Shown here: piece by piece, positions 19,728-29,307 of the stretch | Position numbering within the stretch: the stretch's first letter is position 1 | Layout: the number at the start of each line of letters is the position of its first letter | Assembly (NCBI GenBank): GCA_034439575.1 | Contig: JAWXAQ010000027.1 | Coordinates: 293,124-357,123 of the forward strand | DNA: 64,000 nt | Direction: 5' to 3' | DNA from: Leptospira sp. | Lineage (GTDB): Bacteria > Spirochaetota > Leptospiria > Leptospirales > Leptospiraceae | Position numbers and translations under genes: made by a program | Notes under the pieces: model-generated | Told to the model about the DNA's origin: nothing | Seen by the model: only the letters and a program-made list of their open reading frames with translations | Databases searched by the model: none

Positions 19728-20808
19728 ATTTTAATAGGTTTTTAAGTTCCTGTATTAATTGATCATTCTCCGATTTACTTCCAACTGAAATTCTTACATA
19801 ATCTTTGGGAATTCCTTTGGAAAAATAGCGAACTAAAATATTTTTTTCCTTCAAAGATTCATAAATCCATTCGGGTTTGAATTTTGAATGGGGTTTGCAA
19901 AATAAAAAATTGGTATGGCTATCTGTAATTTGAAAACCCAATGCCTCTAAGGCTGTTTTGACTCTGGATCTTTCACTGATTAAGAGAGAAATATTTTTTT
20001 GGAAGTATTCTTCATCTTCAAAAGCTGCGAGGGCAATTTCTTGTTCCAACATACCTAAGTTATACGAGTCTTTTAATTTTGATATCTGTTCGATCAGATT
20101 TTTTTCCCCAATTAAAAAACCAACTCGCAGTCCCGCTAGGGAATATGATTTAGAAAAAGTTCTTGAGATTACGAGGTTCGGACAATTGCCAATTTCGTTG
20201 ATAAGGCTTGTACCTTCAGGTGCGAAATCGATATATGCCTCATCGGATAAAACGATCCCATCAAAATTTTTGATCAATTGAACTAAATTTTCTTTTTTTT
20301 CAAGTAGTCCTGTTGGTGCATTTGGGTGAGCGAATGCGATGAGCTTTCCTTTTTCTTTGCCTAAGGCATCATGATCAAAATATAAATCTTCTTTTACGGG
20401 TATATTTTTAAATTCTACGCCACACATCAACTGTTCTACGAGAACCGGATAAAGAGAATAAGTGGGATCTGGCGCGATTATTTTATCTCCAGGACCAAGC
20501 ACTGCTTGGAATAGGAGGCGAAGTGCTTCATCACTTCCATTGGTGACAAGGATTTGATCGGGATTTAAATTGTATTTTTTGGCAATCGCCGATCTTAGTT
20601 TCAGCGAATTATAATGTGGGTATTTTCTAAGTAATCCTTTGCTAAGTATCTCATCAATTTTTTTTAAAATTTTGGGAGAAGGTGGGTATGGATTTTCATT
20701 TGTATTGATCTTTACGACCGCCTCGCCTAAGTTAGGTTGTTCTCCTGGAGTGTAGGGAACAAGGGGCATAAGTTCTTTTCGTAAATATTTTAAATTGGAA
20801 TCTGCCAT
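19726..20808 (-). CDS. hisC: Histidinol-phosphate aminotransferase (class II PLP aminotransferase)
   Basis: 360 aa with NENPYPPSP, NGSDEALRL, NPNAPTG and the PLP lysine context SRTFSKSYSLAGLRVG. Confidence 0.8.
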   Translation of the reverse strand: MADSNLKYLRKELMPLVPYTPGEQPNLGEAVVKINTNENPYPPSPKILKKIDEILSKGLLRKYPHYNSLKLRSAIAKKYNLNPDQILVTNGSDEALRLLFQAVLGPGDKIIAPDPTYSLYPVLVEQLMCGVEFKNIPVKEDLYFDHDALGKEKGKLIAFAHPNAPTGLLEKKENLVQLIKNFDGIVLSDEAYIDFAPEGTSLINEIGNCPNLVISRTFSKSYSLAGLRVGFLIGEKNLIEQISKLKDSYNLGMLEQEIALAAFEDEEYFQKNISLLISERSRVKTALEALGFQITDSHTNFLFCKPHSKFKPEWIYESLKEKNILVRYFSKGIPKDYVRISVGSKSENDQLIQELKNLLK

Positions 20809-20809
20809 T

Positions 20810-22312
20810 TTATAAACGATTTAAGGCATCAATATAGGCTTTAGCACAAGCTTCAATGATATCTGTTGAATCACCCTTTCCCACAACCCTTTTGTTTTCA
20901 TATTCTACGGTTACGGAAGCTTCCGCCATAGCATCCATACCTTCCGTGACAGGAGAGATAACGAGTCTAGATAACAAAGGATAAATGCCAGTAATTTTAT
21001 CTATCGCTTTAAAAATGCTATCTACTGGACCATCACCATTTGATTCGGAATTTTTAGTTTCTTTTTCGACAACTAAGGTCACTTTGGCGGAAGGTATTTT
21101 GTTTGAACCCGTGCCTTGTTCAAAACTTACTAAAGTATATTTTCCATCAACCTGTGTTCTTCTCGTTTCTGATTGGAAAAGAGCTGAAATATCCTCATCA
21201 AAAACTTCTTTTTTCTTATCCGCAATTTCTAGAAATCTTGTATAAGCATTGTCTAGTTCTTCTGGTTTTGGATCAAAACCGAGGCGAATGATTCTATCTT
21301 TAAATCCTGCGCGACCTGAATGACGACCCAAAACCATACGATTTGATTTCAGACCAACAGATTCAGGAGTCATAATTTCATATGTTTGTCTATTTTTAAT
21401 CACACCATCTTGGTGGATTCCTGATTCGTGGGCAAAGGCATTAGCTCCCACTATGGCTTTGTTAGGTTGTACGACCATGCCTGTGATCGTTTTTACTAAA
21501 TAGGAGGCACGAGTGATCAAAGTAGTTTCGATTTTAGTTTCTACTCCAAATCTATCTTTACGAGTTTTAAGAGCCATTACCACTTCTTCCATGGCTGTAT
21601 TGCCTGCTCTTTCGCCAATTCCGTTCACCGTGCACTCAATTTGGCGTCCTCCCGCAAGAACAGTTGCCAAAGAATTGGCAACGGCAAGACCCAAGTCATT
21701 ATGGCAATGTGCGGAAAAAACAACCTTGTCTGAACCTTTCACTTTTGTTTTTAAAAATTGAAATAGTTCAAAGTATTCTTGGGGTGTCGTATAACCAACT
21801 GTATCTGGGATATTGATTGTGGTCGCACCTTCTTCTATCACAGCTTCCACAAGTTCACGTAAAAACTCCCATTCGGATCTTGTTGCATCTTCCGGCGAAA
21901 ATTCAACATCTTCCACAAAACCTCGTGCCATACGGACAGCCTCTCTAGCCATTGTTAGCACTTCACTCGGAGTTTTTCCCAGTTTGTGTTTCATATGAAT
22001 GGGAGAGGATGCGATAAAAGTATGAATTCGTTTTTTCTTTGCCTCTTTCAAAGCATCTCGTGCGGATTCTAAATCGGGCCGAAGGGAACGGGCAAGAGCA
22101 CAAATGATGGGACCTTCCACTTCTCTTGCAATTCTAGAAACGGCTTCGAACTGTACAGGGGAAGAAACAGGAAATCCTGCTTCAATGATGTCTACATTCA
22201 TTTTGGCGAGATGAAGGGCGATTTCGACTTTTTCATCTTCACTCATGGCGGCACCAGGGCACTGCTCGCCGTCTCTTAATGTGGTATCAAATATGCGTAC
22301 GTAATCTTCCAT
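20810..22312 (-). CDS. leuA: 2-isopropylmalate synthase
   Basis: 500 aa with FDTTLRDGEQCPGA, HCHNDLGLAVANSLA, GIGERAGN and a LeuA-type C-terminal regulatory domain. It resembles bacterial LeuA rather than the Leptospira citramalate synthase sequence as I remember it. Confidence 0.88.
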   Translation of the reverse strand: MEDYVRIFDTTLRDGEQCPGAAMSEDEKVEIALHLAKMNVDIIEAGFPVSSPVQFEAVSRIAREVEGPIICALARSLRPDLESARDALKEAKKKRIHTFIASSPIHMKHKLGKTPSEVLTMAREAVRMARGFVEDVEFSPEDATRSEWEFLRELVEAVIEEGATTINIPDTVGYTTPQEYFELFQFLKTKVKGSDKVVFSAHCHNDLGLAVANSLATVLAGGRQIECTVNGIGERAGNTAMEEVVMALKTRKDRFGVETKIETTLITRASYLVKTITGMVVQPNKAIVGANAFAHESGIHQDGVIKNRQTYEIMTPESVGLKSNRMVLGRHSGRAGFKDRIIRLGFDPKPEELDNAYTRFLEIADKKKEVFDEDISALFQSETRRTQVDGKYTLVSFEQGTGSNKIPSAKVTLVVEKETKNSESNGDGPVDSIFKAIDKITGIYPLLSRLVISPVTEGMDAMAEASVTVEYENKRVVGKGDSTDIIEACAKAYIDALNRL

Positions 22313-22330
22313 CTACCTCCAGATCAATTT

Positions 22331-23731
22331 TTAGAAGTCCTTTGTCAAGGAGTTCGGTATCCATATTATTTCGTTTGGTAAAGGTAACATAGTCGTTGGA
22401 TGGAGATCCTCATTTTTTCTAGTAATCCAAGGATAAAAATAACCAGAATTGTCTAAAGGGCGGGGTCTCAAATGATCCTTGCTATAGAAACGAATTTTGT
22501 TAGCGGATTCATAATTGGTCCAGATGATTTTATCCTTTGTTGTGTGCTCTAAGTGTCTCAAGATTTGGATCTGTCTTTGTTGTTTTTCTCGGTAATTGGA
22601 AATGGAATCGGGAGCGATGAAAAGTATAGTAATCCCTTGCAGAACTAACAAGGCAATTAAATAGGAAGAACTAACTGGATTGAATTTTGTGATCTTTAAA
22701 AATAAGAAGACACCATAAAAAAGTAAAAACACTACACTGGGAATCATATAACGAAAAGGAAACGGATGCGGATAGATGTACCGACCAATGATTCCCAAAA
22801 AACCTAAACTTAAAATGAACAAACCTGCGAGAAGGTATCTATCTTGTTTGGTTAATTTATTTTTAAAGCAAAGGACGAATATTAGGCTAGAAAAAAAGAA
22901 TAAAAGAAATGAAAACGAGACTTCAAAAATAAAAATCTTTAAAAAATCATAATAATAAACCAAAAAGAAATATAGGTTTTCGAAAATCGTACGGTCCGCC
23001 AAGCGAAGGGGAAGTAAGTGGAAATGCGAAGGTAAATTTATCGTGCCTGACAACCCTTGGTACAAAATTTCTCCGAATATAAGTATCAATATTAGAAAAA
23101 ATGAATGTTTGATTCTGGAATGATTTCGTTTTCCCCATTGCGATAAAAGAACAGCCAAAATCCCGATGATAAAAAAACGATCAGAAACATAAGCCATAAC
23201 AAAAACCACGAAGATTAAAACTTTGAATAAGAAATTAAGATTTTTTTTATTTAAGAATAGAAATAAAAAAATACTTAAGTAGATAACGGATGTATGGTGT
23301 CCATTTAGCAATAGGTAAACGATAGGTTCAATTTTTTTAGAAAATAAATTTGCTATCAGTAGTGATAAAGTTTGTCCTGTGATAAAAATAAGTAAAATTT
23401 TATACGCATTGCACTTACCTTTGCTATGATAAAAATGATAAAAAACAAAGAGAATGATGGAAATATTGACAAGGCCGAAGCATAAGAGTATCCATTCATC
23501 ACCTAAAAAGAGAGATAAAATATAAATGATGCAGGCATCAGGAAAAAAATAAGGAGAAGGCGGGTAATACCAGCTATGGATTGAGACTCCATTTTTAAGA
23601 TCTTTTATCAGGAGAGGAAGGTATAGATTGTCTGCATGGTGAAGGTTTTGGTAGGCGTCCCCCAACATAAAAAATATAAGTAAAAGGAAAAAAGCTAAAA
23701 ATGGTAGGAGGCGAAGGAAGGGATTTCCCAT
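22331..23731 (-). CDS. Polytopic membrane protein, possibly a GT-C-type glycosyltransferase
   Basis: 466 aa with more than 10 hydrophobic helices and a soluble C-terminal ~90 aa. The architecture is ArnT/PMT-like but I could not identify a confident motif. Confidence 0.45.
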   Translation of the reverse strand: MGNPFLRLLPFLAFFLLLIFFMLGDAYQNLHHADNLYLPLLIKDLKNGVSIHSWYYPPSPYFFPDACIIYILSLFLGDEWILLCFGLVNISIILFVFYHFYHSKGKCNAYKILLIFITGQTLSLLIANLFSKKIEPIVYLLLNGHHTSVIYLSIFLFLFLNKKNLNFLFKVLIFVVFVMAYVSDRFFIIGILAVLLSQWGKRNHSRIKHSFFLILILIFGEILYQGLSGTINLPSHFHLLPLRLADRTIFENLYFFLVYYYDFLKIFIFEVSFSFLLFFFSSLIFVLCFKNKLTKQDRYLLAGLFILSLGFLGIIGRYIYPHPFPFRYMIPSVVFLLFYGVFLFLKITKFNPVSSSYLIALLVLQGITILFIAPDSISNYREKQQRQIQILRHLEHTTKDKIIWTNYESANKIRFYSKDHLRPRPLDNSGYFYPWITRKNEDLHPTTMLPLPNEIIWIPNSLTKDF

Positions 23732-23799
23732 TTATGACCTAAGAAACTTTTCTTTAAAAAGTATCTAGTCTTTAAATAGAAAGTAAAAAAGATGAGACT

Positions 23800-24165
23800 A
23801 TGAAGGATTTCCAATTTTATGCTGTGAATTTTTTCGGAGGTGAGGACACACAAATTCCTGCAAAATTATACCATGAAGTTTTTTCTTGGGAAATACAAGG
23901 ATTGTCCATCGGACACTCTGAACTCATGATCAATGAATCTTTACGTTTGATTTTTTCAAAACGATCTGAAAAATGTCCGGTAACACCAGGAACATTAACT
24001 CTTGTTACGGATCGTTTTTGGTTAGATGAAATTGAGCAATTTGTGCTAGAACAAAGTATTGATAAAAATCAAAAATATAAATCCTATATAGATCCATGGA
24101 AAAATCGAATTTGGCTGTATTCAAAACCCTCACTTTCCAATCTGTCCATAATCGATATAGATTGA
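23800..24165 (+). CDS. Hypothetical protein (121 aa)
   Basis: Intact ORF in an otherwise empty slot. It has a weak resemblance to VOC/glyoxalase-fold proteins only. Confidence 0.35.
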   Translation: MKDFQFYAVNFFGGEDTQIPAKLYHEVFSWEIQGLSIGHSELMINESLRLIFSKRSEKCPVTPGTLTLVTDRFWLDEIEQFVLEQSIDKNQKYKSYIDPWKNRIWLYSKPSLSNLSIIDID

Positions 24166-24179
24166 GACAGGGTAGTTAA

Positions 24180-25091
24180 TTGACCACATTGACAAAACCA
24201 TTTAATGTTTTTTTAAGTATTTTCCTTTTATTCATTAGTTTCTTTTCGCTTTTTTCGGAAGAGGCAAATCCAGGATCAACTATTCTTGATAACAAAGGTA
24301 AGTGGACGTTTCAATGGGGATACAATAGAAGTTCATACACCCAAAGCGATATAAATTTTCGTGGACCAGGATACAATTATACTTTAAAAGCAGTCGATGC
24401 CAAAGACAAACCGGAATCTTTCAAAGCAGAAGTTTACCTAAATCCAGCAAAATTTGAAATACCGCAATACAACTTTAAGGCGGCATATTTTTTTACAGAT
24501 CATTTTTTTCTATCCTTTGGGCAAGATCATATGAAGTATGTGGTCACTCCCGGACAAAGTGTCAAATATTCAGGTTACATTGATCCACTCGTGATTTCAA
24601 AAAACCAATTGGACCCATCTGTAGAATCCTTAGTTTTTATTTATTTATTTCCTGATCATGTGGCAAGTATGGCTGGCTATCACGGTGGTGAACAAACGAT
24701 ATCTCTGACTCCTGATATTTTAAAATATGAACATACTGATGGTTTAAATTTTCTTTTTGTTGATGTCGGTATGAAAAATCCGATTTGGACTGCAGCTGAT
24801 GGACAAAGTGGGATTAGTTTTTTATCTTCGGTAGGTGCGGGTGCCGTTGTTTGCCGCAGTGATGTTCGCGTGATGGGCAAAGGCCAAAACAATAACTTTC
24901 ATTTATCTGGATACGGCGTATCTGGTTATGTTGCCACCAGATACGAATTTACACGGACTTACTTTTTGGAGTTAGGAGCCAAAGGAGGATACATTGACTT
25001 ACCAGATATTTTAACAAGTGGAGGTTCAAATCGTGCATCACAAAACTTTGGATTTTTGGAACTAATATTTTCTGGTGGTATTGCGATTTAG
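24180..25091 (+). CDS. Secreted protein, probable outer-membrane beta-barrel, unknown function
   Basis: 303 aa with a TTG start and a signal peptide (FLSIFLLFISFFSLFSEE). Its alternating aromatic/Gly-rich strands (GYGVSGYVATRYEF, YFLELGAKGGYIDL, FGFLELIFSGG) are typical of barrel proteins. Confidence 0.5.
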   Translation: MTTLTKPFNVFLSIFLLFISFFSLFSEEANPGSTILDNKGKWTFQWGYNRSSYTQSDINFRGPGYNYTLKAVDAKDKPESFKAEVYLNPAKFEIPQYNFKAAYFFTDHFFLSFGQDHMKYVVTPGQSVKYSGYIDPLVISKNQLDPSVESLVFIYLFPDHVASMAGYHGGEQTISLTPDILKYEHTDGLNFLFVDVGMKNPIWTAADGQSGISFLSSVGAGAVVCRSDVRVMGKGQNNNFHLSGYGVSGYVATRYEFTRTYFLELGAKGGYIDLPDILTSGGSNRASQNFGFLELIFSGGIAI

Positions 25092-25864
25092 TTTCCTTTT
25101 GAAACTTCTAATAAATATTCTCCGAATTGGTCAGGTCTATCTGTGATGATACCTTTGACTCCAAGGGAAATCAGTCGTTTCCAATCCTCTCTTTTGTTGA
25201 CCGTATAAGGCAAAACCATATAATCTTTATCTCGCATATGATTCATAAAAGTTTTGGAAACAGATTCGTGGTTCGGTAAAATCAAATCTGGTTCGGAAAA
25301 CTTCCATTCCTTTTCGTCCCAACTAACATCGAGAAGCTGGCCTCTGAGTAGATCTGGATCTTCGAGTTTCACTTTTTCCAAAAGATACTCATCAAAAGAA
25401 CTTATAAAAATTCGATTTTGTATGGATAGGGAATGAACAAGAGATACAAGAGCCTTTGCAAGTTTAGAACGATGTTTTTCATTTCCTTGTGATTTGACTT
25501 CTATATCAAAAATCGCATCCTTTGGGAGTTCTGTTAATACTTCTTTCAATGTGGGAATTTTTATTCCTGCAAATTCCTTATTAAAAAAAGAACCCGCATC
25601 CAAACTTTGAATTTGGGAGAGGGGTAGTTCAGAAACTAGACCTAGGCCATTTGTAGTGCGATTGACTGAGTCATCATGAATCACAACAAGTTCACCCGTG
25701 CCGCAATTCATTGTGTCTAGTTCAAAGAACTTGGTGAATTCATAGGCTTTTTGGAAGGAAATAAGGGTATTTTCCGGCGCAAGTCCTCTTGTCCCTCGGT
25801 GCCCTATATTTGTGGTTCCAGGACCGAATAATTGTTGGAGTTCTTTTTTTCTGGGAATGTGCAA
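25088..25864 (-). CDS. Glycerophosphodiester phosphodiesterase (GDPD family)
   Basis: 258 aa with the GDPD motifs IGHRGTRGLAPENTLISF and ELDT...VIHDDSVNRTTNG. No signal peptide. Confidence 0.85.
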   Translation of the reverse strand: MHIPRKKELQQLFGPGTTNIGHRGTRGLAPENTLISFQKAYEFTKFFELDTMNCGTGELVVIHDDSVNRTTNGLGLVSELPLSQIQSLDAGSFFNKEFAGIKIPTLKEVLTELPKDAIFDIEVKSQGNEKHRSKLAKALVSLVHSLSIQNRIFISSFDEYLLEKVKLEDPDLLRGQLLDVSWDEKEWKFSEPDLILPNHESVSKTFMNHMRDKDYMVLPYTVNKREDWKRLISLGVKGIITDRPDQFGEYLLEVSKGN

Positions 25865-25869
25865 TTTTT

Positions 25870-26580
25870 TTAACCTGCTTGGATAGAAGACTCAAAACCT
25901 GGTTCTTCCATCGCGACTTTCATCATCTCTTTTTTTGTTTTTTCGCCGAGATAACTATCTATATAAATATGTAAGGCATATAAAACTGGTGTGATAAGAA
26001 TTGCCACTGCCATTTTATAAAGAAAGTTTGTGTTGGATATTTCAACCATCGAACTTAAATTATGTGAACTCCACAAGACAATAAAGATAACGACATAGGA
26101 ATCTATCAATTGGGAAACAATGGTGGATCCAGTGGCTCTTAACCAAATGTGTTTTCCTTGTGTTTTTTTTCTCAGAAAATGAAAGACATGTATGTCAATA
26201 AATTGGCCAATTACATAGGCAATGATAGAACCAACTATGACTCTGCCTGAGTTTGCAAAGACAGTTCTGAAAGAATGATCATCTATGGGTGAGTTCGCAC
26301 CTGCGGGAATTTGTATATCAATCAGGATAAGCACATAAGCAAGCCCAATCATGATCATACCAAGAAGTGTGGTAGCTCTTACTACTTTGCGACCATAATA
26401 TTCGTTTAACAAATCTGTGATGAGAAATGTGATAGGAAAAGGAATTACTCCCATGGTCATGGTAAATCCAAAGGCAGAAAATAATTTACTACCTGTCAGT
26501 TCTGCCATTAAGAGAAACGTAAGAAACAAACTAAGTAATACCGAATAAAGAACGACTGGTTTTTGGCTGAGTGGATTCAT
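25870..26580 (-). CDS. yhhQ: VUT/YhhQ family queuosine-precursor transporter
   Basis: 236-aa polytopic protein with PFPITFLITDLLNEYYG and ATGSTIVSQLIDSYVVIFI, as in YhhQ/DUF165. Confidence 0.7.
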   Translation of the reverse strand: MNPLSQKPVVLYSVLLSLFLTFLLMAELTGSKLFSAFGFTMTMGVIPFPITFLITDLLNEYYGRKVVRATTLLGMIMIGLAYVLILIDIQIPAGANSPIDDHSFRTVFANSGRVIVGSIIAYVIGQFIDIHVFHFLRKKTQGKHIWLRATGSTIVSQLIDSYVVIFIVLWSSHNLSSMVEISNTNFLYKMAVAILITPVLYALHIYIDSYLGEKTKKEMMKVAMEEPGFESSIQAG

Positions 26581-26727
26581 ATTATTGCATACCTTTGTCT
26601 CATAAAATTTAAGCTAGGAGAGAATCTTCACTTAAAAATCATGGATACACAAAGACTAAGAAATCATTTAGATTTTCTTCTCTACTCTTTTTTTTAAATA
26701 CACGATAGAATATATAAGAACAAATTT

Positions 26728-28317
26728 ATGTCCGAAATAAAACCCGATCCAAATTCAAATCCAGAACCGAAACGACACTTGTCTGCCGGTACTAAGTATA
26801 CATTTCTTTTCGCCTCTTGGGTGTTTCTCTCTGCATTTTCCTTTTATCTTGGTATGAACTTAATGGGAAAAGAGGGGGAATCCGTTTCTCTAAAAAATAT
26901 CAGTGCCACTGCTGAAGGGACAGTTGATGTCATTTCTTCTGAATCTGCAGAATCTACTTTGACTGAATCTGAAAAAAAAGTTGAGGGAATGGATGGCGAA
27001 AAATTAGAAGAAACGAAAACAGTTCTCGAAGAATCTGAAGTTCCAAACGACTTTGTCGCCACAGAGGATGTGAGTTTTCGCGCCTCAGCATGGTCTACGG
27101 ATTGGACGGCGATGAAAAAAACCGTTCATCTCTACAATGAAATCCATCCATTTATTTATACAATGCGTGGTGGTCTTTCCAATAATGGAGAACTTATATC
27201 CACTTGGTCGCAAACGGCTCGTAAAGAACGTGTTTTAGAAATGCGCCAATTGAACCCAAAAGTGAAAATCATTCCGACCATCTTTCGTTGGGAGAATCCA
27301 AAAGAAAAGATCCAGGAAAATATTGGAATGGGCGGTCGTACTGACATCCGTGATAAACACATCCAAATCATCGTAAATGAAGTCGTAACGTATGGATATG
27401 ATGGGATTGATATTGATTATGAAGGGATGAGCTGCGACAAAAAAGAAAGGTTCGAAGAATTTTTTGTATTACTCGCCAAAGAAATTCATAAAAAAGGAAA
27501 ACTCATTTCCGTTGCCGTACACCCAAAAACACCAAGCGATAAAAAGAAAGACCTTCACTGTCGCGGACTCGCAAAACCAATCGAGCTTGATTTTAGAGAA
27601 AACTGGCGTGGACCAACTACCCATGATTATGCGTTTCTCGCAAAACATGCAGACCGTGTTAAAATTATGGCGTATGAACTACATCCGAGAAAATACCATA
27701 ATCCGGGACCTGGACCTCAAGCGCCAAATGTTTGGTTGAAAGAAATTATTGCTTATGCCAAAAAACGAGTTCCTACATCAAAATTGTATATGGCGATTCC
27801 AACCTATGGTTATGATTGGGCACTGAATTGCAAATCGTCAGCAAAAGCTGTTTACCATTCGGATGCACAACGCATTCGAAGTGGTAATCATAAAAAACAC
27901 CAACCAACTGACATCAATCAGATTATCCTATCTGAAAATAAAGTGGCCAATTGGCGTAATCTCTCCAAGTTCAGTGACATTCATAAAAATAGAGCTTACG
28001 AAGATCCCACTCTTTGGTACACAAGTGGTGGATGTGATCGTGTCGCTTTTTATATGAATCGAAAAGCCTTTGAAGAAAAGATGACTTTACTTAGAAAATA
28101 CGATCTCGGTGGATTTTCTTTTTGGCAATTGGTCACAGACAATGATCCTGAAATCAATGATTACCTCGCCTTACTTGTGCAAGGTAAACTTCCTCCGGTC
28201 ACAAAAGTGACAGAAGAAGAAATGGAAGCTCTTATGAATCCCAAAAAAGCGGAAGATGTAAAATCATCTGTAAAAGTTTCCAAGGTCAAAGAAAAAACCA
28301 AAAAAGTCCAATTATAA
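26728..28317 (+). CDS. Membrane-anchored glycoside hydrolase family 18 protein
   Basis: 529 aa with a TM anchor (YTFLFASWVFLSAFSFYLGM), an acidic linker and the intact GH18 catalytic motif YDGIDIDYEG (DxxDxDxE). The C-terminal tail is Lys-rich. Confidence 0.8.
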   Translation: MSEIKPDPNSNPEPKRHLSAGTKYTFLFASWVFLSAFSFYLGMNLMGKEGESVSLKNISATAEGTVDVISSESAESTLTESEKKVEGMDGEKLEETKTVLEESEVPNDFVATEDVSFRASAWSTDWTAMKKTVHLYNEIHPFIYTMRGGLSNNGELISTWSQTARKERVLEMRQLNPKVKIIPTIFRWENPKEKIQENIGMGGRTDIRDKHIQIIVNEVVTYGYDGIDIDYEGMSCDKKERFEEFFVLLAKEIHKKGKLISVAVHPKTPSDKKKDLHCRGLAKPIELDFRENWRGPTTHDYAFLAKHADRVKIMAYELHPRKYHNPGPGPQAPNVWLKEIIAYAKKRVPTSKLYMAIPTYGYDWALNCKSSAKAVYHSDAQRIRSGNHKKHQPTDINQIILSENKVANWRNLSKFSDIHKNRAYEDPTLWYTSGGCDRVAFYMNRKAFEEKMTLLRKYDLGGFSFWQLVTDNDPEINDYLALLVQGKLPPVTKVTEEEMEALMNPKKAEDVKSSVKVSKVKEKTKKVQL

Positions 28318-28324
28318 TACTTGG

Positions 28325-29305
28325 ATGATCTCCACCTTAATTACAAAGGATGCCGCCAAACTCGCTATCCTTGTCAAAAAAGGTGGAGTTGTAATTTTCC
28401 CAACAGAGACTGTTTATGGCATCGGTGCAGATAGTACCAATGAAACAGCCTGTCTTAGAATTTACGAAATCAAAAACCGCCCACTTGACAACCCACTCAT
28501 TTCTCATTTCGAAAGTATAAAACAAATAGCCACCTATTGTGAATTAGATGATTTAGCGAAATTTCTATTAGAAACTTTTTCACCAGGCCCACTTACGCTT
28601 GTTTTGCCAAAGAAAAAGTCTCCCTATATTTTTACAATGGGACTGGACACTTTGGCTGTCAGAATCCCTGATCATACAGATGCTTCAACTTTGATAAGAG
28701 AGGCCGGTGTGCCTATTTCTGCTCCATCAGCTAATGTAAGTGGAAGGCCATCATTAACTAGGGAAGTGGATGTGATTGAAACTTTTGATGGAAAAGTAGA
28801 CGGGATTTTACAAGGTCAAGCTCCGATTGTGGGCATTGAATCTACTGTTTTGGATGTATCTGGCCCAATTCCCACCTTACTTCGGCCAGGAAAGGTAACT
28901 GTGGCGGATCTGCTTGGGATTATCCCAAATCTTATCTATGCAAAGGAAACAGATAACAAAGTAAGTGAATCAGATTTAGATACAATAGTTCGGAGTCCTG
29001 GAATGAAATACAGGCACTATTCTCCTTTAGCAAAAGTGGTAGTTTTAGAGGCGAAAGAATTTATAAATGAATTCACAAAACATCAAAATGATACCAAAGT
29101 ATCTTTTATAGGTTTTGATTTTGTGGCGAGAAATCAGAACGATATATCACTCCAAGATAACATCGAGTATATGAATAAATTATATTCATATTTTGTGGAT
29201 AGTGATAAAAACCAAATCGATGTTTGTTTTTGTCAAACACCGATTGATGATTCCTACCGAATTGCATTACTAAACCGATTGCACAAAGCAGAGAGTAAAA
29301 AATAA
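28325..29305 (+). CDS. L-threonylcarbamoyladenylate synthase, Sua5/YwlC type
   Basis: 326 aa with the YrdC domain (VIFPTETVYGIGADSTNE...NRPLDNPLISH...SAPSANVSGRPS) plus a Sua5-type C-terminal domain. Confidence 0.88.
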   Translation: MISTLITKDAAKLAILVKKGGVVIFPTETVYGIGADSTNETACLRIYEIKNRPLDNPLISHFESIKQIATYCELDDLAKFLLETFSPGPLTLVLPKKKSPYIFTMGLDTLAVRIPDHTDASTLIREAGVPISAPSANVSGRPSLTREVDVIETFDGKVDGILQGQAPIVGIESTVLDVSGPIPTLLRPGKVTVADLLGIIPNLIYAKETDNKVSESDLDTIVRSPGMKYRHYSPLAKVVVLEAKEFINEFTKHQNDTKVSFIGFDFVARNQNDISLQDNIEYMNKLYSYFVDSDKNQIDVCFCQTPIDDSYRIALLNRLHKAESKK

Positions 29306-29307
29306 AA

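Noticed and set aside
26581-26727. Possible preQ1 riboswitch in the leader of the yhhQ-like transporter (minus strand). There is a small hairpin UCUC-N16-GAGA containing CCUAGCU just upstream of the start.
   Set aside because: The P1 stem is only 4 bp. The loop is longer than in preQ1-I, and the A-rich tail with the CUA pseudoknot partner is missing. The resemblance is limited to a CUAGCU hexamer. A covariance-model scan (Rfam RF00522, RF01054) would settle it.
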